From the NCBI RefSeq assembly GCF_009914755.1, contig NC_060931.1: 64,000 nt of DNA. One strand, written 5' to 3'. The translations under genes were made by a program, and so were the position numbers. Positions 40,750-53,726 of this stretch are shown here, piece by piece. The notes below the pieces were generated by a model. The model made no database searches. It worked only from the letters and a program-made list of their open reading frames with translations, and was not told the DNA's origin. The stretch comes from the human T2T-CHM13v2.0 reference genome, Homo sapiens. Every line of letters starts with the position of its first letter. The first letter of the stretch is position 1.

Positions 40750-41374
40750 ACTCTGCAACCCTCTTACCTTCCAAGAAGGGCTCTGTGTATATGCACTTCA
40801 ACACCTGGCACCAGTTGGTTTTTGGGTTTTCCACTTGCTATACCCTCAACTAAGCTCTGCATTTAAATTTCTCACTCTTTCCTCAGAAATCTATGATTGC
40901 TGCCAGTTAATTTTCACATAGATTATGTTAAATGCTGGGAATAGAAGGGATTAAAGCACAGACCTGACTCAGGGGGCAGGGGTTGGTATTGTCCTTCGTG
41001 AGGCATACGGCTTCTGTGATCGAGGCCCCCAGTGCTCTCCTATAAGGATGCCGGACACAAAAGAGGCCGGGAAGCCATTGAGGCTCTCAGAGCTTCCAGT
41101 CTAATTCCAAGGGTTTCAGGTTGTGCAATAGTCTTCAATTGCTCACTGCCTGGATGATATTTCTGAAAAGTCTGCAAAAGCACAAAGCCTTTTCCGATAT
41201 TTCTTAGGGAGTTTCCCCAAGAATCAAAGACCAAAATTTGTTCTTTGGTCAAATGCAGGCCATGGGGCTTCTTCCTTTGTCTTGGCAGTGTGACTTTTCA
41301 CCACGTCTCCTCGAAAAGTTGAAAAGGAGATGCACTTATTTGTCAAGACCCCGTTAAATGGAAACAGATGCTTG

Positions 41375-41641
41375 CCTTTTAAACATCTCTAGAATCCACC
41401 CACTTCATTCCATCACCACCACCTGAGTCACCATGTCCTCTCACCTGGACCACAGCATTAGCCTCAAAACTCATTTCCCTGTATGTAATTCATTCTCCAC
41501 TTAACAGCTAGAGTGTCCTCTTTAAAAGGCAAGTCTGACTTTGCCCTGCCTATGCTTAAAATCCCTTAACAGCTCTTATTTGCTCTATGAAAAAGACAAA
41601 ACTGATCAAATCCTGCATGCTGTGGCCCTCCCCACCTCTCC
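41375..41641 (+). mobile_element. L2 fragment
   Basis: ctctcacctggaccacagcattagcctc...gcttaaaatcccttaacagctc; stops at the duplication boundary. Confidence 0.7.
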
Positions 41642-42167
41642 ATTCTCTGTTCTGTTACCTCAGAAAACTTCTAGTGCTTTTTCTAATACTCTGAGGATCT
41701 TAGAAATTCTTGGAAATGTTTAATTACAGCAGTTTTGAAGTTCTAAGGAGCCAAAGGAGACCACAGGTCAGCTGGCATTTTCCCAGTACTGTCCCCACTG
41801 GAGGAGGTTAGCACTTTATTTGTGCCTGTGGGTGGGTGTGAGTGTGGGCATGGATAGGTGTTGAGGGGGTGGCCTCTCACACAGGCGTGGGCTGTGATGT
41901 GCTCTGTCCCCTCTGGACATCTGAATTCTGGCTGCAGTTGTCAATGGGATTCATCTAGTGGTTTAATTGACTTACAGTTCTGTATGGCTGGAGAGGCCTC
42001 AGGAAACTTACAATCACGGTGGAAGGGGAAGCACTCACCTTCCTCACAAGGTGGCAGGACAGAGAATGAAAGCTCAGGAAAAACTGCCACTTTTAAAGGC
42101 ATCAGATCTCATGAGAACTCCCTCAATATCACGAGAACAGCATGAGGGAAACTGCCCCCGTGATCCA
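41642..42167 (+). repeat. Local duplication copy 1 (paralog of 43685-44537, lacking 325 bp)
   Basis: 41642-41960 aligns to 43685-44005 (~93-94% by hand count); 41961-42167 aligns to 44331-44537. Confidence 0.96.
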
Positions 42168-42265
42168 ATCACCTCCCACCTGGCTCCTCCCTCAACACCT
42201 GGGGATTACAATTTGGATTACAATTCAAGATGAGATTTGGGTAGGGACACAGCCAAACCATATCA
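41961..42265 (-). mobile_element. THE1D-like MaLR LTR, left end missing
   Basis: Ends gagatttgggtagggacacagccaaaccatatca followed by ctcaa. Confidence 0.9.
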
Positions 42266-43119
42266 CTCAACATCCCCTGGCCACAACTCCTTCACCTATA
42301 CGATGGGGATAATAATGCCTGTCAGCAAAGGAGATAATGTGTGCCCAAGCTCAGCATGTCTGTGAGACAGAAGCAGCACGGGAAAAGAGGAACACTGAGG
42401 ATGTGGCTAATTGGGGTAATGGGGCTTCTTCAGGCTCTTTCTTCAGCTCCATGTGGTTTCTCATCTCAGCACACACTTGGAGCGGAGCAGCCATTCCTCC
42501 CGGGGCTGAGGACCCAGCTCACATGGAACATCTCTGGCCCACATGTTCTGAACCCCTGGGTTTTTATTATAAATCCCTGGTTCTGTTTGTCTCCCTTGGG
42601 AAGCCACGGGGAAGCCCCTGCCCTGGACCAGGCCTCAGCATTTCTCAGACATAAGCGGTGGCCCAGGCTGCTAAGCACTCTCCCTGAGGAGAGAGTGTGG
42701 GGCAGTGAGTGGAAGGCCTGGCCATCAGCCCAGTGCTTATCCGCCTCGTGCCTCCAGCCTCCAGGGGCCCGGGATGATCCTTCAGACATAGTCCTCAGGC
42801 CCTGGGGCTGACCAGTCATCTTGGTGTCGAGAGTTATTATTTCTTGCCATGTCAGATAGCCTTGAAGTGTTGATGCATTGCCAGGCAGCCAAGGCTGTTT
42901 CAAGGATGGCTGAGTCTGAGCTACTTATCAAGAATGAGTGCTCTGATCTTGGGTGGACATGTTTCCTCTGGCATCTTCTAGCCTCCAAGTTACTGCTTTC
43001 CCCTTTTTAGTTTACTGTAAGCTGGAGAGATGGATTGGCTCTAACCCAAGAAATAAGCACTTCCACTCACATAGAGGCCCCACAGAGTAAAAGCGGGAAG
43101 AATGAGCCCTCAGCCAAGC

Positions 43120-43305
43120 AGCCAGCTTGCCAGCAGACATGTGATCTGGGCAGATGACACAATCTCTTTGTTATTCAATTTCCTCTTATGCTAACTGAAA
43201 ATAATACTAGCACTTACTTCCTAGGGTGGTTGTGGGTATTAAATGAGTTAATATTTGTAAAGCACTTAGAACAGAACCTGGAACTTATTAAATGCCGCAT
43301 TTGTT
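43120..43305 (+). mobile_element. MIRb SINE
   Basis: ggttgtgggtattaaatgagttaatatttgtaaagcacttagaacagaacctgg. Confidence 0.85.
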
Positions 43306-43364
43306 AAGATACATACTGATACACATGCATACGGATGCAATAGGGATGGCATGGACGTTTGTGC

Positions 43365-43560
43365 CTTCAAAGACCTGGGTTTCAAGTCCAGGTTCTCTTT
43401 TACTGTCTGGGTCACTTTGGATGAATTACCTGCCCTGTCCAAGCCTGTTTCCTTACCTGTAAAATAGAACCAAAATACCTACCTAGAGTTATTTGAGAAT
43501 GAAAGCAGGTATATATGAAAGCACAGAATCAGGCACATATGTGGTACTTAACAAATGTTT
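43365..43560 (+). mobile_element. MIR SINE
   Basis: agacctgggtttcaagtcc...gcctgtttccttacctgtaaaatag. Confidence 0.75.
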
Positions 43561-43684
43561 TTTCTTCTCTATTCCCTCGTAGGCCTCTTCCCAGTAGTCT
43601 CGCAAAGGCATAAGCCAATTTCTTCCCTCAAATCGGTGCTACTGTCTTGCCTACAATGCTCTGTTTTGTCTTCTTCCCCTCACT

Positions 43685-44537
43685 ATTCTCTGCTTTGTTA
43701 CCTCAGGAAACTTCTAGTGCTTTCTCTAATACTCTGAGGGTATTACAAATTCTTGGAAATGTTTAATTACAGCAGTTTTGAATTTCTAAGGAGCCAAAGG
43801 AGACCACAGGTCAGCTGGCATTTTCCCAGTACTGTCCCCACTGGAGGAGGTTAGCACTTTATTTGTGCCTGTGGGTGGGTGTGAATGTGGGCATGGGTAG
43901 GTGTTGGGGGGGGTGGCTCTCTCACACAGGCATGGGCTGTGATGTGCTGTGTCCACTCTGGATGTCTGAATTCTGGCTGCAGTTGTCAATAGAATCCATC
44001 TAGTGCCAGTCCCTCTCTCAGTACAGTCGGATGGAACCCTTTTACTTTGGACTTACAAAACAACTAAAGGGATGAAGCAGAAAGAACTACTGTTCTGTGA
44101 AACTTGCCCCGATTCATCATCAGGCTGTGTGCTCCCTGTTCAGAGACCATGTCCTCTTCTTCTTCTTCTTGTCCTCCAATCACCTTTAGCCATCAGATGC
44201 CCAATATTCATCAACCTCATCTAACCTGTTTCCTTGCTGTATCATCCTGGGCAATTTACTCAATGTATTAGCCCGTTTTTGTACTGCTATAAAGAAATGC
44301 CTGAGACTGGGTAATTTATAAAGGAAAGAGGTTTAATTGACTCATAGTTCTGCACGGCTAGAGAGGCCTCAGGAAACTTGCAATCATGGAGGAAAGGGAA
44401 GCAGTCACCTTCTTTACAAGGTGGCAGGAGAGAGAATGAAAGCACAGGAAAAACTGCCACTTTTAAAAGCATCAGATCTCGTGAGCACTCCTTCACTATC
44501 ACGAGAACAGCATGGGGAAAACTGCCCCCATGATCCA
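43685..44537 (+). repeat. Local duplication copy 2
   Basis: Paralog of copy 1 at offset 2043 bp (left block). Confidence 0.96.
44264..44537 (-). mobile_element. THE1D-like MaLR LTR, right end missing
   Basis: Preceded by ctcaa; starts tgtattagcccgttttt; homology stops at cccccatgatcca. Confidence 0.9.
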
Positions 44538-47500
44538 TTGAGTCTTCAGTGGAAGTGGGGACAGATGGTGTTGGGGTTAAGAGTCCTACATTTGGGTGAG
44601 CATCAGAATTTCCTGGTGCTTGTAAGAAAGTTAGGTAAGTTACTATTCCAGACCTATGTTCAGGAAAGGGCCTATGCAGTTGGGATTTGAGAATCGGAGC
44701 CTGTATTCCGACACCAGCCCTGCACCTAAGTATGGTCTTGGACAACTCTCTGACTTGTGGTTTCTTCACTTGTGGAGTGGAGATAACGGTACGGGCCCTC
44801 CCATCTCCCTGCATCATTGTGAGGGTAAAATGAGAAGGACAGGTGCAGGTGCTGATCATGAGTACAGGACACTTCCAGCTCCCTCAGCTATCGGTGTAAT
44901 CCCCAGCTTGACATGTAGGCAGCTGCATTTTGGGGTCATTTGTGGCCTTGGGGACACAGAACTAATAATCAGGATTTTCCAACAATGTATTCAAATAAAG
45001 TCTGATGACTTCCGGCAGCTCTCTAACCATGAAGAATTATAGAACTTTCCTGGTACAGTAATACATTTAGAAAACAAAATAGAATCGCCATCTAAATAAC
45101 TGAATTTCATTTTTTTTTTCAGGTCTTGATTAGGCATAGAGTTTGTCTTCTTAGGAATTAAGCCCAGAAGAGATAACAGTTCCAAACCACGCAAAAACAT
45201 TTGTTTGACTAGGCTTTCTAGTAAAACACCACTCATCTTTCCTTCCTTCCTTCCTTCCTTCCAGTCTTTATTTCTTGACTGTGGTTCATCTTCTTTTTAA
45301 AAAAATTATCTCTTTTATATTGAGGCTTTCTATAAAGCTTCTACAAGTGCTTTTTGGAAGTAAGTTGGATTTAAGGCACGTGTAAAAGCCTGTGTCTCTC
45401 AAATTCCTCTGCCTAGAGTGAAACAGAATCTTAGTGAGAGATACAAAACAGCATTCTCTGGATTTACCCAAATCCATTCTGCAGCTGCTCCAACCACACA
45501 CATCCTCACATCAAACTCATCCCCTAAAGTCTGGGATTCTCCAGGGATTATCTTACAGATACTGAGCATGACTGCCCACTGCTATGTGTGGCACCTGCTA
45601 CCTTCTTCCTCACCTGCCTCTGCTTACGGGACTGGGGTCTCCATTGCTGCTGACAACCAAGGCAGCCTTAGAGAGCAGCACGTCTATGCTGGAGCACAGT
45701 GGAGGTGCCCACCACCACCACCCATGACACAGCTGCATCTGCACAGGGTCAAGGACACTGACATCAGCCTGGCTTTTGGGGCTGGCTGGTGCTGCTCTTG
45801 CCCCCTGCTTCCTGTAACCTAGGGATGCTTTTGTGATGAACTATTTTTGTTTACACTTGTTTTTTATTCCAATACCCTCATCTCAGGACCCAGGCGCAGG
45901 ACTTCCCAGGACTTCTGGCCCTGGGCGCTGGGCCAGAAGACATCAGAGTGACAGGCACTGTGCTGTTCCTCAAACCCCACCAGGACCACCCCAGTCTCCA
46001 TTCTAGTCCTGGTCCAGTGCAACTGAACCTAGTAGGTGCTTCTATTTCCCCCTCCTGTGAAGAGAGTCTTTCCTAGGAGACTCCATCACTCAGGTATGCA
46101 GACCCACAGGTAGGTTGAGCCACACATCATCCTGGCATTCACAGACTTACATCTAAATCCTAATCAGGGAGAGGAAGAGGACACAGCTATCTTAAGCTCA
46201 GGTTCCAGGTACAAAGTAATGAATGGGTAATTGGATAAATTACTGAATAAAAGAGGGAGAGAGAAATGGAATGAAAAGAAAAAGGGAAGGAAGGTAGATA
46301 AGTAAAAAGAAGAAAATAAAAGATTCTGGAAAGTAGTTCCTAACCCAAGTTCCAATCTCTCTCTCTCTCTCTCTTTCTCAATCATGATGGGATGGGGAGG
46401 GCAGAGGAATATGTTAGGACAGACTCCTCCACTTCCGTTCAAGTACCAATAACTAGATGTAGAAAGAAAGTATGCAAATTAGAAGACTAATGTTCTAAAA
46501 TGAGTAAGAGCCTATTTGCTCACTCTTGGCTCTTAGGAAACTAGAGAACTCATGGGGAAGGCAGGCAAACAGAAGCAAGATTTCATCAGAACACTGGCCC
46601 CTTGTCAATTTATCACTCTGGTGAAACAGCGTGACGCTTGGGATTTCCCCAGAACGTCAAACTGCAATTTTACATGTGCTGCTTGGAAGCAAGCTGTGTA
46701 ACTTCCTGTAATAAGGATTTCAAGTATTCAAGCAATAAATCTGAGATGCCAGAGCCTCTCTTAACACTGTCCTGTAGCTCAGCAACTCCAAATTAGCACA
46801 GCTCCACACATCCAAAGCCTGGAAAGGGTGGAAGATGAATATGAACGGACAGATCCCTCATGCTCACCCTTGGTGGTGAATTGAGTCATCAGCTGAGTAT
46901 GGAAAGGAGTGGGGAACAAGCTCACAGGCTCTTTGTCTCCTTCGACTTTTGTTTCACATTTGCCAGGAGGTAAGGCCTTCATACCTGCAGCTGGGTCAAG
47001 TATCTGGAAACACGTGGGCTGCCAGCAGAGCCACTTCATGTCAGCATCAGAGTACAAAGTGAGTGTGAGACTGAGTGAGAATGTGAACTGCCAGGGTATT
47101 CCTACCCGTGTGGCCCAGGCCTGGCTGCAGGGAGGGCAAAGTCTGGCTGCAGGGAGGGGAAAGGTCAGCTACAGGTCCCACCACACATGTCCTCCAACTG
47201 CACTTTCCTTGTTCTAGCTTGGCATCAGCCCACCTTGCTGTGTGCCTTGCATGCCTCCTTCCTCTTCCTTTAGGAGGGGATAGAAGGGTCCAGCTGAGGA
47301 TAAATACAACAATCAAGTCTTAGATAGCATTTGACAGCTATTTGATGAATGAATAAATAATAGATGCATAAATAAATGAATGAACAAATAAGCCAACAAC
47401 TGGGTGTCAACAGGCAGACACGCACATTTTACAAATAGGTATTTCCCTACTTCTCCAGCGTGATAGAGTGGAGATCAATGGCTTTCACAATATCTTGTTA

Positions 47501-48034
47501 AACCTGAAAGTTTAACGAAAATATTCTCTTTTACTGAGTCCTTGTTAAATTAAAGAAAATTAGAAACAGCTACATATAGCCAGGGTAGGGGAAGGGGATG
47601 GTTGGGTAAGAAACCGAGAAACTTGAAGAAGGGGAGCAGATCATTCTGGTGGAGTAGGGACACCTGCCTTACCTGCACTCAAACATTCCCAAGTGTCGAC
47701 TCCCAATTCCCAGTGAAGGCTGGAGGGGTGATGTTAATACCTCACACTGATAATCCACAGTGCCTCTCCTCAGGGTCCGCTGACTCTGACACCTTTCCCT
47801 TCCCCACTCTCCTCCCTCTTCCCTTCTAGCTCAAAGTTTGGGTGAGACTGAAAAGCCAATCTGGCTCCCACTTGCAGAGGAATCAAGGCCCCCAGAGTTT
47901 CAGAACCCAGAGGGCCCTTCGCTTAACACAGCACCTTCCTGAGAACTAGAAACAGGCGTCCCGATGGTAGTCACAGCTTCACAGGTGCATGGGGAAGTGA
48001 ATGAAGATGTTGCCTTGTGTTAATTAGAAAAATA

Positions 48035-48480
48035 TTCAATATCAGTCCTGGTCCTGGCGGGAAACAGATGACACAGTCAAAGTGGATAATGAAGGAAAGT
48101 GTGAGGGGAAGGCACCATTTACAAAGACGTGGGTGGGATTTAGGCAAACCTGCAAGGAATGGTATGGTATCCTGGGGCTAGCAACAGTGGGGAGCCCTGA
48201 GAGACAAGGAGAGAGAGAGCCCTGTACTGAGACAAAGCAAGAACTGTAGCTTTGGAAGCTGTGACCTTCAGAAAGGGAGAGAGACAATCAATGGCCCTCA
48301 GTAAGGAGAGGAGCCAAGAGAAACGCTCTTCCCTTTGCTCTCCTGCCAGCACCCCCAACGGTGGAACTCAGCCAGGTGCTGGAGGGAGGGGGGTGGGCCA
48401 TGTCATCCACACAGGCCAGCCAGCCAGGGCACAGAGGAGGGTGGGAAGTGGGTCCAGAGAGGTGATGGGAAGCATCCTCA
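48035..48480 (-). mobile_element. ERVL LTR33/LTR41-like element
   Basis: cacaggccagccagccagggcacagaggagggtgggaagtgggtcc resembles the LTR33 terminus. Confidence 0.55.
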
Positions 48481-48739
48481 TGGGTACCCCTTTCCCAGGC
48501 AGATGCAACCCTGTCCGTACACTCCCAAGGAGCCTCGCACAGGCTGCAGGTCAGCCTCGCTCTCTCCCGGGCCAGAAGCCCTTTTGCACGGCAAGACTTG
48601 CATAATCATATGTGACAGTCCTAACAGCCTTTGAGGACTATACCCCTTTTCATGTGTAAAAATATTACAAAAGGATCCCATGTCCCAAAATAAATAGAGA
48701 AAAACAAAACATTGCAAGCAGCTATCTCCAGCAACCATG

Positions 48740-49690
48740 TTTCTATTCTTCCAATTTGGCTCCACTTTCTCCACCAGCCTTTTTTTCTCTTCAGCAAATG
48801 GCACAACCTTCCACCTGGTCACCTGAGGCAGAAACCTGCTATTGCTTTGACCATCTCCTCCTTCATCTTCCACATCCAAATGAATGGTCACCAGCATGTT
48901 GGGTCCCTGCTGGAAGTCCATCACCACCTGTTTATTCCTACTGCATTGCCACAGGCCCTTATCCATCTTCCCGGACTCAACACTATGATCATTTCCAAGC
49001 TGAGCTCCAGCTTCTGCATGTATCCAGCCCCACTCGGTCTTCCACTCTCTCACATCCCATGGCCAGAGGTATCTTCTAGACAGAGAACATTAATATCATC
49101 TCATCACTCCACTGCTTAACATCCTTCTGTGGCTTGCCTTTTCCCATAGGCAAGTTCAAATGCATGCATCCAAATGGACGGCTCTTTACCGTCCTGCCCC
49201 ATCAGGTCTCGCAGCTGCAACCCCCTCTCCCACCATATCCCTGCCCCCTTCACTCCCCTTGCTCCCTAACACTGACCTTCTTGCAATTCCTCCAAAGTAT
49301 CAGGCCTCCTCCCACCTCTAGACAAATGCCCAGGCTGTTCTCTCTAGCCTGAAATACCCCCGCCCCTCCACTCCATCCAACTAATGCCTGCTTATCCACC
49401 AGACTTTTGGTGATGCATCTGTTGTTGTTGTTGTTTGTTGTTGTTTTGAAAACTGCATTGACCCTCTTTCTCTTTCCCTGCAAGCGGACTCAGGCACCTT
49501 TCATTTGCACCCATTCTCTACACTCTGTGAACACTCTTGTGCACCTCTCTTGATGCCACTGTGTTCTCACTGTTAATCTCCTTGTCTTTCACCCTCACCA
49601 TCCCTGTAGCCCCATGGCCTAGCACATGCCTGGTTCTGCCTATCACAGGATCTGTAAGGGCTTACTGAAGTGAAGTAAGTTGTAATGAAA
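48740..49690 (+). mobile_element. L2a fragment
   Basis: ttcagcaaatggcacaaccttccacctggtcacc...tcatctcatcactccactgcttaacatccttctgtggcttgcc...cctagcacatgcctgg. Confidence 0.75.
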
Positions 49691-50429
49691 TGAAAGCTTC
49701 CTAGGTTGGTGCTGCCTGACCTCTATCCAGTTAATCTATGATCAGGGTGGCTGTTGATTCTGTGGTACGCTATGCCTGTTTGATTCTTTATGACAGAATG
49801 TGATTTGCCTTGCTCTATTTTCATCACAGTTTACATGCTTTTAAGGCAAGAGAACCCCATTTTCTGATTTCTAAAGATTTCCCACCCAACTTCTGTTCAA
49901 ATATTTTGTCAAACAATGGAAAAAGCCAAAGGCAGTTAAGTCCATGAATGGGGTTACATTGCATAGGCAAATAAATCTTCCCCTAGCTCTCTCCTTTCAA
50001 AGGGATGGCCTCAATAAATTCTTCAAGTAAGCTACTTTAAAAATATCTCTTCTACCACTATTTACCTCATTTGAATCTATCTGAATATGGAACAGAGTAG
50101 GAACATGTGAAATGTATTAGGTAAATCTTACATTGGTAGGAACCTCGAGTAAAGAGCTTGGGATACCTCTGTATTTGCTCCTTCACTCTTCTTACTTAGT
50201 AACTCCCATAACTCACATTTCTTTTTTGTTTAATAGTGTGTTAGGCACTTTTCTAGTTACATAAGCCGAAGGTCACTTTAACAGCAATAACAATTAGAAT
50301 TTGCAGTTTATAGAACACTTCCACATAAAGCATCTCACTTAACTCTCAAATGCCTATGAGGCAGATACTGTTATTGTCTCTGTTTTGTAGATGTGGGTTT
50401 TAGACACTTCAATTTTGAACACTCTCATC

Positions 50430-50910
50430 TCACCTCTTACTCCAGTCATGTCCTCATCAACTTGTTCCACACAGGATTGCCGACCTTCACACGGGGGCAG
50501 CTGGACAGTGTGTGGACCTGGTCCATACTCCTGCTTCTTGCCCTGAGGTGCCCCTGATACTTCATGTAGGCACTTGTTGCATCCACTGGACACTCATATC
50601 TTGTACAACTTAGAAATGGATAGGAGTCGTGCCCATGTGGGCTCTTCTAATCAGTGGAGGATGGGCCAATATATAAATGTTTCCCTCTGTTATCTGAGGC
50701 CCATTTCACATGGCTCCTTCCAAGGCCAGTGGCCCCTCTGTCTATAGCGGTGGCCAACTCCACGGCACATCCTTGCATTGCCTCCTCCCCCTTCCCTGTT
50801 CCACTTCCCATCCCTCACTCCTACTCCTTGGGATCTCTTCCCAAATAAACTACTTGCCTACAAGCCTTAACACCTCAGGCTCTACTTCCAGGTAACTCAG
50901 ATTGAAATAT
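50430..50910 (+). mobile_element. LTR16A-like ERVL LTR inserted into a MIR
   Basis: cccaaataaactacttgcctacaagcc...ctcaggctctacttcc; MIR halves at ~50290-50420 and ~50910-50990. Confidence 0.7.
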
Positions 50911-51219
50911 CTGCCAAATATCCCAGAGTTTAAGTGGAACACTGGCATTCATTTTAAGATTTTTCTGATTCCAAATTCCACACGCTTTTCTCTTTATCCT
51001 CCTTGCATTGTGAGAATTAATAGTCTGTGTGCACAGCTTAGATATATAAACAACTACAAAAGAGAGGTGTCAAGTCAAAACTAGAAGCTATAACTTTGGA
51101 GCACAGAGAATAGTATTGATTCAGTTGGGGTGGGTGTGTGGGCTGGTCAGAAAATATTCCACAGAGTAGGTAACTAGGAGGCCTCTCCGAATCATAGTCT
51201 CTACAGTCAGTGCCATCTG

Positions 51220-51435
51220 TTATTTCCTCTCAGAGTCATTTTCTTCTTAGCACTTATGACAATGTGTAAGTAAATATTTATTTCTATTTGTTTATTGTCT
51301 GTCTTTCCTGTGAGGGCAGGGAGCATGTCTGTTTTGTTCACAGACATGTGAACACGATATCCACAGCACCTAGCGCAGCACTAAGGACATAAGTGGCAAT
51401 CAATAAATTGACAAGTCAAAAAATGAATCACAATT
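51220..51435 (+). mobile_element. L2a 3' end
   Basis: tgtttattgtctgtct...tgagggcaggga...tatccacagcacctagc...tcaataaat. Confidence 0.8.
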
Positions 51436-53039
51436 AACAAATAAGAAAATTTGTTCCTGAATAAATGAAAAAATGAACAAAAGGCATTACAAACAGCCTA
51501 AACAAAGTCATGAAAGAATATGAAAATATGGCAACCTTCAGAGAATGTCAGTGGTTGGTTATTTTGGTTTTCTTTTGGTTATTTGTTTAGAAGGGTGAGA
51601 GACAGGGAGTGGCTGCAGAAAATGCATCTAACAGTAATACTGAGGTCGTAGAAGTAACCTAGCCACATTCTTTGTATTGGGAGATAACATGGCTTCTGTG
51701 TGGTAACTGGTTATATAACGTGAGTTCTCAAGTGTCTGCCGTGCCTGTATTAAGTGTGCTTTCTTCTCCACTAGGGAGTTGGGATGGGTGTTGGCAAGGC
51801 CTGACCTTGTTTACAGTGTGGGACCTTGAATTCCAGGTTCGTCTTGATGTGACCTAAGCTTGGATTATGAACTGCTATTGTCACCTGTTGCATCTTGTGA
51901 GGTTGAATATTGGCAGATCCTGTCCTGTTACACTGGCCATACTTCTAATTCTGCCAACATCCAAGTATCAGTTTAGGAGCCTTGCTGCCCTTCACTTTCT
52001 GCCTTGCCTTTCTCATCTGAACCCTTAGGCATTTAACATCACCCTTCGGAGCCTTCATAACAATACAAGCCAGTATGGGATACTTTTTTATTCATTTGAT
52101 CATGCATATATTAATGGTATATTATGGACCAGGTGCTATGCCAGGCACAAATCTCTCTTGGTTGACTCGTGATTCTAGGAACTCTGCACTGTTCACATGC
52201 TTTGCTCATTGGCTGATGATTGACCAATTCGTCATTGCATTCTGTCAGCCCTGGTTTGCTGAAGTGGGCTCATGAAGCCTCAATTCCACTCCTGTGGACT
52301 ATATGTGCTTAAGGACCCTGAAAGAAATCTATTAGACAATGGAAGAACTATTTCCCTGCTGTCCTGCTTTTAGCACAACTTAAAAAAATCAAGACATGAC
52401 TGCTCTCCAGCAAGCTTCTGACAGTTTCTCTTTGCATTTGCAAAAGCCCAGTTATAAGTACATAGCCACCTGTTCCTTCTTGGCTCCCTGAGAAATAAGT
52501 TTATACAGTTGGTGTACTGACATTTCAGGAACAAACAAAACTCACCTTTAACACTTTATTTTTAGTGTCTCTGCGTTTATATTTAGAAGGAAGGAACTGC
52601 CATGTCTGCAGGAGCATCATTCCTGCAATGTTTGCTGGATCATGGGGGGGCCACAAGGTGGGAAAATGAGCCATGTGTGTAACTCCTTATTTATTTCCTG
52701 GAACTGGTGACACTGCACAAGTGCATGTACCACAGGATACAAGGACAGAGTGAGAGTCAGGGTTGGCCTTCAGTTGTTTAGACCTGGCCATCCACCAAGG
52801 CCTCCTAGTTGGCACATGTCTGCTCCTTGATTTAAGGGTTCCTGAGAGAAAGGGCAAGTAGAAAATTGCAAGGACAGAGATGTTCACTGAAAACTGAAGT
52901 AAAATTACTCCCACCCTAAAACCTGACACATTTTTTTCCAGTTTCTACAAAACATGTAGATAAATATTTTGTGTCTACATGCACTTAACATTTTTAAAAA
53001 TAAGCAATACATGCATGTAGTATAAAATGCAAAGGGAAG

Positions 53040-53328
53040 CTAGGCATGGCGGCTCACGCCTGTAATCCCAGCACTTTGGGAGGCTGAGGTGGGCGGGTCA
53101 CCTGAGGGCAGGAATGAGACCAGCCTGACCAACATGGTGAAACCTCATGTCTACTAAAAATACAAACTTAGCTGGGTATGGTGGCACATGCCTGTAATCC
53201 CAGCTACTTGGGAGGCTAAGGCAGGAGAATCACTTCAACCCAGGAGGCAGAGGTTGCAGTGAGCAGAGACTGCACCATTGCACTCCAGCCTGGGCGACAG
53301 AGTGAGACTCTGTCTCAAAAACTTTAAA
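53040..53328 (+). mobile_element. AluS SINE
   Basis: Full dimer; TSD aaaatgcaaagggaag/aaaatgcagatggaag. Confidence 0.93.
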
Positions 53329-53388
53329 AAAATGCAGATGGAAGAATTTGTAGCATATAACATAGGCAAAAGGCTAACATTTTGATTA

Positions 53389-53706
53389 CAGTTTGAGTAA
53401 ATCTTATCCAAAATACTTGGAACCAGAAGTGTTTCATATTTTGGATTTTTGAATATTTGCATATATATAAGGAGATATCTTGGGAATGGAACCCAAGTCT
53501 AAATACAAAATTTATTTATGCTTTATATACTCTTTCTATGCATAGCCTGAAGGTAATTTTATATAATATTTTTAGTAACTTTGTGCACCCAGCAACAAAG
53601 TCAGGTGTGGAATTTTCTACTTGTGCGGTCATGTTGGCACTCAAAAAGTTTCCAAATTTTGGGGCATTTCAGATTTTGGATTTTCAGATTAGGGGTGTTC
53701 GGCTTG
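53389..53706. mobile_element. Tigger4 (Zombi/MER46) derivative
   Basis: TA + cagtttgagtaaatcttatccaaaatacttgg...gattttcagattaggggtgttcggcttg. Confidence 0.8.
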
Positions 53707-53726
53707 TGTTTAAAAACTCTTTAACA

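Noticed and set aside
42337-42988. Overlapping 105-156 aa ORFs between the duplicated blocks
   Set aside because: No recognisable domain; open frames on both strands are expected in locally GC-richer DNA.
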